A stretch of DNA of 64,000 bases from Adineta vaga (taxonomy: Eukaryota; Animalia; Rotifera): the NCBI GenBank assembly GCA_021613535.1, contig CP075494.1, positions 9,486,001 through 9,550,000 of the forward strand, written 5' to 3'. Below, piece by piece: positions 14,108 to 27,800 of the stretch (positions are counted from its first letter, which is position 1; each line of letters begins with the position of its first letter). The notes beneath the pieces are model-generated. The model had not been told where the DNA came from. It ran no database searches and saw only the letters and a program-made list of their open reading frames with translations. The position numbers were made by a program, and so were the translations under genes.

Positions 14108-16294
14108 TTAAAATTCGTCAGGTTTCATTTGAACTTCAGGATAAGTATACATTTTAGCAATATTAACGATTTCTTCGACTTTATACGAAGGATAAAGTCC
14201 TGATTGACCGTTCGTTTTATCTGATCCTTTCGAAAATCCATCCCAATGATTTCCTTCTGTACCAATCGTATCACCACGTTGAAAACTAAATTCATTTGGC
14301 CAATTTGGAGTATTTGATAGAACTGCACGTTGATTATGAGCATTTTGACCACCAAAATAATAAACATCATCAAGAGGTTGTACACGCCATGCGCCATCAA
14401 TAACTCGTTGTTGCATAACTTCATAAGCGACACGACAGATCTAAATATCAAATAGAAAATACTCTTTGAAATTGAGAAGAAAACAACTCACTTGTGAAGA
14501 AAATGTACAAACTAAATAATCGGATAACGAAAGAAAATGAATATCTAAAAGAACACCTTTTAATGATTCTGTCCCATATCTTGTATTCAATTGAGCCGAT
14601 TGGGCAACGGCACTGTCACCATAGAATATATAATCTGGATATCTATACATAGAGACAAATAGAATAGTCTATGAGAAATGTCTCGAGTAGAAAAAAAATC
14701 TACATACTTTGAACGAGCATCAGAGAAAACTTTTGGCTCATCTGTTGCTAAATAAACACGTTTTTTAAAAGATGAATTTGGATTTTGATATTGATAAATA
14801 ATATAATAATCTTCAACAAATTTCATATATTCGGATATATCATGAAAAGCAGCTTCACTTCCAACTTTATCTGTTCGTCGAACATGAATTCTACAATTGA
14901 ATATAAATAACTTTCTCTCAAACAAATTCCTATTAATCTCTTTATCTTACCCAACAATAGGTGTTTCAAATTTAATCGCTTCGAATTTTTTCTCTACAAA
15001 TTCAGTTAACCAACTTTGTGGTCGTAAGAAATATTTCATTAATTGTCCAGTAAACCAAACAAATGGATTTCCATGTAAACGAATTAATCTCTCCGATAGA
15101 TCTTCTGGAATAGCCATTGGCATAAAATCTTCCTTCGGATGAATATTATCAATCAACGGAATTTCTACTACATTAGCAGATTTATAATGACCTAAGAAAC
15201 GAAATGGATTTCATTTATTTTTATTTTCAAAGAATCAATTTTAATTCGTACCCCAAGCTTCAGCACCTAAACTATCCGTCTGTGTACAATTTTTGCTTAA
15301 TCGTTCAAATACTTGATCAAATCCACCTGGATTATATCTCCATCCATCTACAAGAAATCGAATAGAACAGAATTCGTCAACTTCTTATTTAAATATGAAA
15401 ATACCAGAGAAAAGAATCATAGGTCGGCCAAGTGCATAAGCAATATGAAAACAATGCATTGCATGATGAATTTCACATCCATAACCACATCCTTTATTGA
15501 TATTACATGTAACACGTTTGACATCTGAACATGATTTTGAAGGATTTTGTAAAACATTTAAACGTGCTTGCATTAGTTTTGAAAGATTTTCATGTTCACG
15601 TTCACGCCATGATTGATATCCATCAACATCCGTTAAGTTTCGAATTGTAGCAAGAAGAACTCTGTAAATATGAATTCTCTTTTGAATGAATTATTATTAT
15701 TTGAACAAACAAACCGGTATTGATCAGCAAAACGTTCAGTTACTTTTTGCCAATTGGGTTTATCAGTTTCAGATAATTTTTCTGTGATCTTATTCATTTG
15801 ATCACTTGTAAAATAAGATAATTCACGTGTTTGAGTTTCAATCTTTCGTCGTGTCTGTTCATATTCTAATGAGGGTCCTTCTGTAAATCGAAAATAGTAC
15901 ATGAAATATTCAAAATTAATAAAGATATACTGACGTTGAGATGTTGTACTACTTGTTTTCGAAGCTAATTTACGTTTAACAACTTTTAATTCATTGCTTA
16001 ATTCTTGACATTGAGTATTTGTACTGAAATACATTTGTATTTATCTTCAGTAAAGTTGTATGTATTTAGATAAACTTACTTTCCTAATGAATCTTGATCA
16101 ATATTCTTAGGACCTGATTGTATTTTTGAAAGTTTTTGTCTCAACGTTTCTACTTCACCCTGTAAATATTCAATTCGATCTTCTAAAACTTTATCATTGT
16201 TTGGTGTTGAATGAAATGTTGTGAAAATAAAATATAAACCAAATACCCATAATGTTATGAAAATAATATAAAATTTATTTCCGAGTAAGAACAT
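14108..16294 (-). CDS. FUT8: Alpha-(1,6)-fucosyltransferase (GT23), spliced
   Basis: Type II TM N-terminus, [50 protein letters not shown]-terminal SH3 [18 protein letters not shown]. Confidence 0.96.
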
Positions 16295-16379
16295 TACATA
16301 TCTAGAAAGAGAAGAAGAAGAAAAAAAGTAACAAGAAATGGACAAATACTCTTTTGTTTTCTCTTTTCTTTTATATCAA

Positions 16380-17381
16380 TTAAATATGTAAAGCAGTTTT
16401 TAGTTGATTATGAACAGCTTGTTTCATTAAGTGAAATAATTGTAAATTAGCACGAGTAGCTGCATCTAACATTTCATTATAAATATCATAATGAACACGC
16501 GATTCACATGTTAAAGCAACGATATCATCACGTTGTGGCATTAATGTTAATGTTAATTGAGGAGATTTTTGTTGTTCTTCTTGTTGATTAAGATCAATAA
16601 TACATTTATTTTGAACATAACCAACAGTTGATGAACAGACAAAATCTTTCATTGGAATACCTAGAAAGAATATATCATAAGAAATATTTTTTCTCTACTT
16701 AAGCAAATTAAGATCTTATCTAAGACAGAATGACATTCCTATTATAACATATGTCAAATAGTTGACAAAAACACTATCAACAATATCTAACTTGTTGTTT
16801 ACAAGAAAGCTATAGAGTTACACACACTGTCAAGATACAAAAACGAAGTGAATTTTTTAATAACCTGCATTAATAAATGCTAATGTAGTTGCATTAACAC
16901 ATGGACAATAATCATTTCCATCGGATTGTAAAATTTTCAAATGTATATCAATTTGTGATTTCGGATATGTTTCTGTAATAACTGCTTGTTGGAAAACACG
17001 TTGAATAGCCATTTGTAATTTTTGACTTTTCATATCGCCGAAAGTTCGTAAACGACGTTCACTAACACAGTAGGATGTCATACTAAAGTCACAAGTGATG
17101 ACAGCTTGTTCTTGATTGGATCGAGATTCACCTTCATATGGTCCATAGATTGTTGCTAATAGTTTACAATTTCCATGTTCCATGTAACAAGAACCATCAG
17201 CATCCGGAACAACATTGAACGAAGCACGAAAATGTCGTAATTCATCCGCTTTACGTCCATCTTGTCGGTAACCTTCAATAGAAATCAAATCAAAACCAGA
17301 TATATAATCTGTTGTTGATGTTGTTGTTAATTCATTTCGTTTCGTTTTCATTGGAGATGATGTTTCCATAGAACTAGTCAT
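16380..17381 (-). CDS. EXOSC4: Exosome complex component RRP41 (2 exons)
   Basis: EGYRQDGRKADELR, ADGSCYMEHGNCK, YPKSQIDIHLKILQSDG, NATTLAFINAG|IPMKDFV (RNase PH fold). Confidence 0.93.
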
Positions 17382-17474
17382 ATCTACAATAAAAATTGAG
17401 ATTACGAAGTTTATCGTATTGAACAAACATGTGAAAAATGAAATTATTGCGTGAATAAAATATACGATTTAGAT

Positions 17475-19176
17475 CTATTCAAATGCTGGAAATCGAGATT
17501 GAGATGGAGATAGAATATCTGCCATATAGTAGATTGTTCCTGCTAGACCTAAAACAAATCAGGTTATAGTTCATTATATTTCTATCTTATAGTAAGTACC
17601 TTCAAACAGTGAATATGGACTATCGGGTGTGTTTGATATGTTATGTTTTCCATAATCGTAACAGAAATCGGCAAACTAATAATATAAGTAAGATGAGAAA
17701 ATGGAAATAAATTAACAACAAACTTTTATTGCTCGATGAAGCCATTTTAAATCATTCGTAGCATGATATAAATTAAGAAATACATAACCATTGCCTGCTG
17801 TACCATGACAAATACCATAACCTTTTGTTAGAATTCCACGCTGCCAAATAACATCGCCCGCTGATAATGCTAAGTCTATATATGAACTATTTTCTGTCAC
17901 CTAGAAAAAGAATAAAATACTTATGTGTCATGATAGTTAATCAATGAACAAAGAATCTGACTTGATATGCACTAACAAATAAATAAACAAAACCAGATGC
18001 ACCATGACACCATTGTACGAGCTTATCTGATTTACTATCACTCGATGACATATAATTACCACTTGATAGACGTTTTGATTTTAGAAATTCAATCGTTGGT
18101 ATTAAATGAGAATCAACATATGAACGAAGATGTGCAAATGATTCATGAGTTGTAATCTATAATAAAGTTCAAATGATGAAACATTTGTTTGTTTGTTTGT
18201 TTTCTTTTTGCTTTTTTACTTTGAGAAGAAGATAAACTATTCCGGATACACCATGTGCTGCTCCCATATACTCCGTCTTATGCCAAATGTACATCAATGG
18301 TGATGGTGAACCTGTTTCTCGTGCATATTTTTCTCCTGATTTGATCATAGCTTCGAAAATCTAAATAGAACTATCGAATTGCTCAGACAGATAGTATAAT
18401 TCAAACTATTTTACATCAGTAATATGTTGACTATCGATCACATCATATCCAAGTTCTCTTCGAAGATACATTAATGTATATAGATAACCAGCTCGACCAT
18501 AAAGATATTCATCTGGAATCGAACGACTCAATGCCTGTTTTTTCATTGATAAAATTCTAAAAATTAACTAATTTAATTCATTTTTTTAATCTTTTCTTTC
18601 CACTTACTTTTCAATGAATTTAATCACCATATTCTGATCACCAAAATGCGAATAAATGACAGCTGCGATTGCTAGCGGTCCCGGAGCACCACATAGAAAT
18701 GTTACTGTTCTTTCTATTTTCATTCATTACAAATTTCTTTTTCTTTTTTGCATCAAAGATTCAAATGAATTTACCATCTAATTGTTTTAATGCTGAGTCA
18801 ATCAATGTTTTTGCTTTAGACATGTATTGATTTTTTTGTTCAGGAAAAAGTGATGCAAGTCGTAGATAAAGCAATGAGATTCCTATATGTAACATGATGA
18901 AATAGTTGAAAACTCAATGGAAATTTTCTTTACCTGCACTACCAGTGTAAACTGATCCATCCGATGGATCAGTTCGATTAAGATTTTGTTCAAGTCGATG
19001 TGTTTGATGTTCAATCCATTGAGTAATCTTTACACCTAAGTCAGTATTTAACTAATTGAAAAGATGAATTTTTCAGAAGACAAAAGTTGAAGAAAACAAC
19101 CAACTTGATTCTGTTGATTGAGATATTGTTCTCCATTGTAATCGGGAAAATTATTTTGAAAAAAACGATCACTCAT
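17475..19176 (-). CDS. LanC-like protein (LANCL1/2 family), multi-exon
   Basis: SVYTGSAG, TFLCGAPGPLA, PDEYLYGRAGYL, YMGAAHGVSGI, LVQWCHGASG, GYGICHGTAGNGY, PDSPYSLFEG, FPAFE* read on minus strand. Confidence 0.93.
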
Positions 19177-19258
19177 AATTGAATTATCTGAAGAAGTATA
19201 AAATAAAACGACTGAAAGATAAGATAACAGAACAAAATAAAATATTTTTAGTTAAAAT

Positions 19259-20943
19259 CTATAAATCGGTTTTATAATTTTCTAAATGTAAATGTTCATC
19301 AGTTTCTTCTTTGATATTCGTTTTATGTGATGATTTATTCTTTTGTTTTTCATCGATTAATTTAAACATTTCATAGAGAAGATCGGAAATATGATGTTGA
19401 TGCTTAAAATACAAAAGTTTTTATAAAATAAAATTTCATTAAATCATTTCTTACAGGTCCATCGATTAAATCAATCTCACTCATAGTTATTTCACCATTC
19501 GCATCATGATCAATAATTTCATACAACTAGAAGAAAAAACAAATTGAAATTCGAAAAGTAATTCTTCACCAATTGAATTTACTTCATCAAACATTGCAGA
19601 TGTTTCCGGATCAGAACCCAAATTAAATGACAAATGCTAAAGTAAAAACATAGGTATCTTTGCAATTTATTGAACAATAAAGAATTACTTTAGAAAATGT
19701 TTCTAACCATTTTTCATAAGTATTTGCTTTGGAATTGACCAAATTTATGACAACATCTCTATTAAAAATCATTTTGAAAATAATTCTCAAAAGAAATCTT
19801 TCAATATATACTTTAAATTTTGTGGTTCATTTTCCGTATTTGCCCAATTAATATTATCAAGTGTAAATGATGCATCATATGTATTACTTTCCGTACAAGT
19901 TTGAATTTCATTTAAATCAATATTTAATGCTTGTTTATGATGAATATTGTGAATAATAGATATAGTACTATCCAATGATCGTTCATGAAATATCCAATGA
20001 ACTGGGATTAATAAACAATCACCAGCAGTTAAATTTGTAATATGATATTCAACATTGGCTAATTGAGGAAATTGATTGAAATCAACTCTTAAGAAAAGGA
20101 AATGAAGATATATTATGTTTACAAATATTCAGAAAATTACTTGTCAGGATTCAAAGGTAATACAGCAGATTGACGATTTTCTGGGATAACAATCTATAAG
20201 AAAATTGAAATTTATGTAAATCCGTGTAAGCTATTGTTTACTTGACGAGTATCGGGATATTTATTCGTATTAACAAGAACAAGACGTTTATTTCCACGAA
20301 AAAGACAAAGTAATGAATCAAATTCTTCATTGATCATTAATGGTGATGTATTCATTCCATTCATCACTAGAATCTGAAGAGAAAATAATTTCAATTGAAA
20401 TAGAAAATAACTATGATACAAACAGTGGATTGTAATACAGGAAAAACAGCTTCACATTGTAAAGGTTGTGGAAAAGTTATATATTTGCTAAAATAGTTTT
20501 CAATTCTTATTCGAAAAATATTGTATCAGAGAAATTATTCACCGTAGTATTTCAGGTACATTATCCGCAAGATATAATTGTTCTTTTTGATATCTATCAA
20601 AAAATTCACTAAATTTCATTTGCGTACGCTGTGATTGACTAAAAGAATCGACATAAATATTCGTTTTTGATAATCCATCAACTTCATTCTCAAGTTCGTC
20701 ATCTGTTTTCCATATCTCATACGAATTATCATTAATTAATACTTGACGAGAAAGAATTGGTTCAGATTTTGGTAAATAATATGTAAAAAGTTTTAAAACA
20801 TCAGGATATTTTCCATTGATTTCATCGATATTAATCAATGATCCCACAGAACCGAATGGTTTTAAATGACCGAGATTCGTTGATTGACAAGATAGATTAA
20901 GATTATTCAAACTTACTAAGAGAATGAAGATAAAAGAATACAT
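19259..20943 (-). CDS. Secreted/ER JmjC-like (cupin-8) protein with EF-hand-like motif and C-terminal KTDL
   Basis: Signal peptide, GHLKPFGS, LYLADNVPEILR, CLFRGNKRLVLVN, NLTAGDCLLIPVHW, DHDANGEITMSE, ends ENYKTDL*. Confidence 0.75.
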
Positions 20944-21103
20944 CTAGAACAAGATTATGTATTGTTTACGATGTAGTGTTTATAAAAATAAAAAAGAACA
21001 ATACAAAATTATTTTTTAAAACCGAATTGAAAAAAAAATAGTTAGTAGAATTTTGCACGTTATGTGAACATCCAATTGTAATTGTTTGATGTATCGTCGT
21101 CTT

Positions 21104-21123
21104 CCAGATGTCGCCGATATTCG
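21104..21123 (+). promoter_or_regulatory. CTCF-core/YY1-like motif CCAGATGTCGCC upstream of the JmjC-LANCL-EXOSC4-FUT8 cluster
   Basis: Second copy of the motif at 2867, both followed by ATATT(T)CG. Confidence 0.35.
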
Positions 21124-21845
21124 AAATACTATCGCCTGACTTCCATCGATTAACGTGAAATAAAACAATAAGTTAATTATTTAGAAATAATTACTTCTAA
21201 AATACTACAAAGCTATTATAAAAGTGACTAGAATGTCAACGATTAACTTTAGTGAATTTCATTACGGTTCAATAGCAATAGTAGATATCAAAAAGAAGTC
21301 GTTTCTTTGTTCCTATATTACAATAGATGAAATATTACATTTTATTTCTTTATTCATCTCATAAAATCTCTTGAGACTTTCATGTATGATTACTTATTGT
21401 AAAGAATAAAAGTCTATGCATGTTAATTTATAGTATATGATCAATAGGAGAACTTTCTGCTCGTCGAATAGATCATTATCCTAATACAACTCACAAGACT
21501 TACAATGTGTAAGTCACGTTTTATTTCCTATGAACATCTGGCTCCTTTTTCATTCCAGTCATCTTGATATATTTGTAGTATCGCATGTTAACATGATAAG
21601 AATGTTCCAATATTTCATCGAGTTCTATTGTAATGCAATGCAATATTTGTTTTATTTATTAAATAAACAATATACATTCACAATCAACGAATAACATTGA
21701 CTAGAAACCACAAAATCCAAGTATTATATTATATTCACATCTTATTAAGTCAATGTCGAGTATCACAAGAAGAAAAATACAAAACAATTGTTCAATACTC
21801 GTTCTATCACTGTTTGATGAGAAAAACAAAATATTTCATTTTTTT

Positions 21846-24800
21846 TTAGAGAAGAAAATCATCTAAAGACCATGCTTGTAAGAAAATTGCATCCAAGGAA
21901 TATTGTTGCAATTGAGGAATAGCTTGACTTGCTTTTGCTCCATAACCAATCGCTAACATATAGGATATATTATCAGGATCAGTGTCAAAATTATCAGATC
22001 TTGCTAAAAGTGGAGTAGAACGAGGATTTTCTCGATGTAGTCGATGTTGTTCAAATTTTTCTTGTAAATATTTAAATTGATTTCGAAATCGACTATCATA
22101 ATATTCATTTGCTACTGTTGCTGATGATGATGATGATGATGATGTGGATGGGGTTGATAAGAAAGCAGATGGTGAAAGAGAAAAAAGATGTAGAACATGT
22201 TGATCATAAGCATGAACAATATGTAAAACTTGAATCGATGATGTTGGTTTAACAATAAGAATATGTCCTGTACTTAAACCGATGAATACCAACATTCGTG
22301 TTGGTAAAATTGAATCAACAGTTAGATCATTTGAATCATCTAAGATCAGAGTAATAAAGAAATGTATGTTATAAGAAAGAATTACCTTTAGATCGTCTGA
22401 GAATTTGTTCACAATCAAGTTGATTAGTCATACGACGAGAGAGATGACTCCAAATACATACCATACTTCCTAGAAGATATAATTTCAATAATTTTGAACT
22501 TCATATTAAAATGATTCTTTGAATCAAATATAAAAAAAGACATGACCTATACCTGTTTTCATTGCTGTCCATATTGAATATTGATAAGGTGAATCTTTTG
22601 ATGCACAAAGTAAATGTACAGCACTTGAACCTGATGTTAAATGATGTGATAATTGAACTGATAATTGAGCAGTACGAACATCAATAAGACGTAAATTTCC
22701 TAATGAACATCCACACCAAAGTTCCACACTGAAATCATTTATTGATTCATTTCAAAGAAAAGGAACATTAAGACTTACTTTCGACCACTTGCTGTTGGCA
22801 ATGCAAGAATTTTAAATGTTGGCAATGAAACATTTGCTACATAACGATAGCAAAGATCTGGAGCTGCGGATATTGAATTTCGAGATGGATGTAAAAGTAT
22901 CGATAGATCAATACTATATATGGAATTATCTGATAATAATAAAAAAACAACTGATGATTCAGTTAAACTTGTCATTTGTATTGGATGACCATTTTCTTGA
23001 TGATGTACTAGAAGAAATTGATTAATTTCTTGAAATGTTTGTGTGGAATAGATATGAATAAGATTTTGACGATCAGCAAGTAGAATTACATGATCACGTT
23101 GATGATAATAAATAGATCGTATTTCACATTTGCCAAGATTAATTATCTAAATACGAATTGTTTATCAAGATAAAAATTCAAAGATAAAAAATAGGATCGA
23201 TCAAACTTGTTGATTAACAGCATTAAATTGATCATAAGCAACAATAATGAGAGCTGATTGATCATCTTGTTTCGTTTGTCGAACAAACCAACAATCAGCA
23301 GTAGGAATACCAATACCATCATCATCATCATCACCATTATCACTTTCAAAATTTTCATTAACTATTCAACAAAATAGTTATAAAAGAGTTGAATAAATTT
23401 TTCTATTTACTATCTCGATATGAAACTGTTGCTAATGTATTAGAATCATTGAAATCATTTCGATGACCAAGTTCAATAACATCCATTAAATGTCGAAATT
23501 CGACTGAACTCGATAATCGATGAATATCTTTTGCTGATGGACGATCATTGGGATATTCAGACCAACAAGCAACCATTAAATCAAGAAGAAGTGTTGGAGA
23601 GGATAATTCCTACGAATAGAAATGAATCACTCGTTACATCGCGTGCGTCAGAATAGTATATCGATCTATAAATTTTTAATTACTTGTTCAGTTAATGATG
23701 GTCGCCAGCCATGTAGAATTAATTCTCTAGCATGATCACGTTTATTTCGACTGAATGGATGATTTAATGACAAACATTCATACATAAGCATTGAGAAAGA
23801 AAATATATCAGCCTTGAAAAAGAAAAGGTTTTTTTTTCTTCTCAAAGACTTTCAAAGAAAATTTAACCGACTTTTTCAGTATACAATTCATCACCAGTAA
23901 AACGAACAATTTCCGGTGCGATATATCCTTGAACAAAGTAAAAGTTGTAAATATTTCTCTTTCAAAAGATTTCTTTACCTTCTGTTCCAGCAAAACCTTT
24001 CGTACCTAATGAATAAACAGGTCGCAAGAGATAAATAATTTATATTCAAAACAAAACATCTTACCAATGGGTGATAAAACTCGACTAATACTAAAATCTG
24101 ATAGTTTAACTAAGACTTGTCCATTGGATGGTAAACGCGGTTGTGGCATATTCCACACGAGAATATTTTCAGATTTTAAATCCAAATATATTATATGATT
24201 ATTATGTAAATGTGCAATAGCACTGGCTATCTAAACACAAATAAAAGTATTAACGAAAATTAGAATAAAAAATACAAACTTGAATAATCAATTTCTGATA
24301 AATAGTAAAACCTAATTGAGTATTTGTTCGTTTATATTCCTTTAATATTGATTCAAGTGATCCCATAGGAGCATAATGTAATATTAAACTTAATGGATGA
24401 GTACATATACCTATTAATGGAACAATACTTGGATGTGAACCAGTTGTTAACAGACAAGATAGTTCCTGACGACAAGTGATATAAGCTTTACATGCAGCTC
24501 GTATTGGATTTCGTGTCCATTCTTTAGCAATATCTCGCTAAAAGATTGATTATGAAATCATCTGCTTTCTTCTGAGTCTGTTCAATCTTACCAAAGATAA
24601 TTTCTTTTCCGAATCTTCATCTCGATTTCCATTGTGTATTTGTTCGATGAGACCATTTGTAATCAATGGATCAATTGGTACAAATGCTTTACAAGCAAGA
24701 TCCACAGTAGACTAGATGAAATTAATATATAAAAATCAAACTAACATAATAATCTAACCCTATACGATGTCGCTGCAAAAACAGTTCCAAAAGTTCCTTG

Positions 24801-27800
24801 TCCGATTAATTTCTTCAATTTAATCACATCGAATGGTACAATAAAATTCTTCGATGTTAAATCAGCAAAAATCTAAAGATCCAAAATTCATCAAAACTTC
24901 TTCTTCTTCCAACTATTTCTCTTCGTCACTAACTAACCAAATCGGGTGCAATGATTTTCATGGGAATTTCTCCATGTTTTTCACATTTAATCTTCATTTG
25001 TTTTTCTACTAACATCATCAATGTTTCTAACCAAAATGTTTGACAAATATACTTTTCCGGTGAATGATTTTCATATAAACATTGATGACAAGGAATAAAT
25101 CGATTGACTAAATAATCTCCTTTTGAATTTTGTACAAATCGAGTACCCATTTCTGGATACCAATCTTCTAGTAAAGTATCAAAATGTGCCATTACTATTG
25201 TTAAAATACGTGCAATTGTACTCTGTTGAACAAGAAGTTCGATTATATATGGATTTGTTTCTTCAAGATTTGAATCAATCATCATTTGTAAATCACTTGT
25301 ACAAATAAGAATTTCAATTAATGTTCCTTGATCATTAAAAGGTAAAATTTGTTTTTTCTGTTCTTCATCCGTATCGAATTGAAAAATAAGATTTAAATAT
25401 GAATATGAAATATCATCATCATCATCACTTGTTGATGAAGTTAAATTAATTTGATTGATTCGTAGAAGACAACAATCATAATAGCGAAGTTCTAAACCTG
25501 TTTGACATACAATCCATGAACATTCAGCAAGAAGAATATTCTGAATTTTTTCATTCAATTGTGAATCAACAAGAAAATAGTTCGTAAATGTTTGTTGTAA
25601 TTGTTTATCTCCAAGTAAACGTGTAAATAAACGTGACCAAAAACAAGATGGTATAAAAATTAAATGATAAAAACGACGAATGTAAGGAAAAGATTGATTA
25701 TCATCTTTTTTTATACGTGCTAAATATTTCAAATGAAATGATTTTGCTTCCGATGGATGAGTAATTGAATGTAATTTGGAAGTTTCTTTAAATTGAATTA
25801 CACTTGAAGAAGATATGATCGATGCACGACAATGACTTGACTAAAATAGAAGAGAAAATGAACGACGATAAAAAAAATAAAAAGTTTTCAATTTACAATT
25901 GTATTTAAACTCAAATGAACAGGAAGCAATGGTGGAAAAATTAAATGTTGATTATCCCATGTAATTGCAAGATCAAATTTTTGTAACAAAGGAAGTAAAA
26001 TCGAAATATTATTCTTGACAAATACATTTGTTTCTTGAAATGTATTTGGTAATTCATTGATTTTCATCAATCCTAAATTGAAATATTAAAGTTTCAATTT
26101 TTCAACTTTATAAATTACCATGTCTAGCAAGACCATTGGTTTGCTCATGAGCGATTGATTGTGCTAATAATTCGGCAAGATATTGTGGATCAAGAAAATA
26201 ATAATTAGATAATAGAGTATCTTCAAAATGTAGAATAACTCCTAAAAGATATTCATAAAATGAATTTTGATTATTATGTTTTGTGTGTCGTACCATTTTC
26301 ATGCAACCATTTTGTTCCTTGTTGAACATCAACTGAATCACGAAATTGTACATGAATAGAGATATCTTTGATCCATTCTCTAAAAGAAGAAAACAAGATT
26401 ATTAAATCATTCTTCGTCGTCTATTTTACTCACTGATATTGTTTATCATTTAAGATCGAACTTTTCTTATTCAATCGATAGTCTTCTAATGCTTCTTCTA
26501 AATAAATATATTTCGCTGGTATTCGTTGTTGAAAAATCGTTTGATCTTTATTATTTGGTGCTAATAATTGTCCAGCAATATCATAAATTAATGTACAAAG
26601 TTGTTTGATATTATGACCTGTTTTACAACTTATTTCAATTGAATCAAGTACTTTCGGATAGCCTAATTTTTCACTTTGAGATGTATCAATAAATTGTTGA
26701 TAGATTAATGATTGAAAATTGTCGGATAATTGACGATAATTTTTCAATTTCACTATTTGATCATGATGTGTACCAACAATAATCACAGATGAACCTGGTG
26801 CAACAGTCTAAAAAAACACATTTTATATGTTTGATTATACAATCTGGTGTCGTTTCTATTGCAACAGATGATGGCGAGAATGTATGTTTTAATCAATGGG
26901 TATAGAATGAGGCCTTTTAGCTTGAGAGAATCTTTTCAAATATTCTTAATTATAAACTTTGTTTCTCTTTCTCTTACATTGATTCACTTCTACGTGTTAT
27001 TGTTAAAAGGTGACACATTCTTCCTCTCTCTCTCTCTCTCGTGCATTCATTATACTATATATACACACGAAGGTTCGTTATGTACTTCAATAAATTCTCT
27101 CTTTATGACAGTATAACCTTATTACACATAATCGAGAGAAGAAAAACAGAATTTAATATTAGTTTTACGGTGACTACATCGATCATGGATTGGAATTGTA
27201 TTTCAAAGTTTATTTTAGGTCTCAATGTCTGGTATACCTGTTAAATTCGTTGATGATCTGTTCACTAATGTATGCATGAAAAACTCTTATAGAATTGTAC
27301 ACAAACAAAAGAATATTCGTCTTTTGTAGATCGTCAGAAATCAAGTTAATGAATTAATCAATTTACCACAAATTCAAGAACTTTCGTATACAGATGATCA
27401 TGCAACGGAAAATTTAACTTATAAAATAATCGATATAGTGAAACATCTTGTTCATGGACATATTAAAGATAATTATAAAGTGATTATTCAAGTTATAACT
27501 TATCCGAAGAAATTACAAGACAATATTTTAATAATGAGTCAATGTTTATGGAATTCTCGAACTGATGATGTTCTCTCCTTAGAAATTGAAAATGATACAT
27601 TGAGAATTCTTGTTGTTATTCATGGACTTGCAGCATAGAAAAAAAAACATCAACTTACTTGAATATTTATGAGAATATTATGAATTGTATCAAATATATG
27701 TTCATTTTGATCGTATTCAGTCATTTTCCAACAGATTAAATAAAGTGTACGTCGTGTAAAAAAATATTGATAAATCGAATGAAATTCTCGCTGAAAAAGT

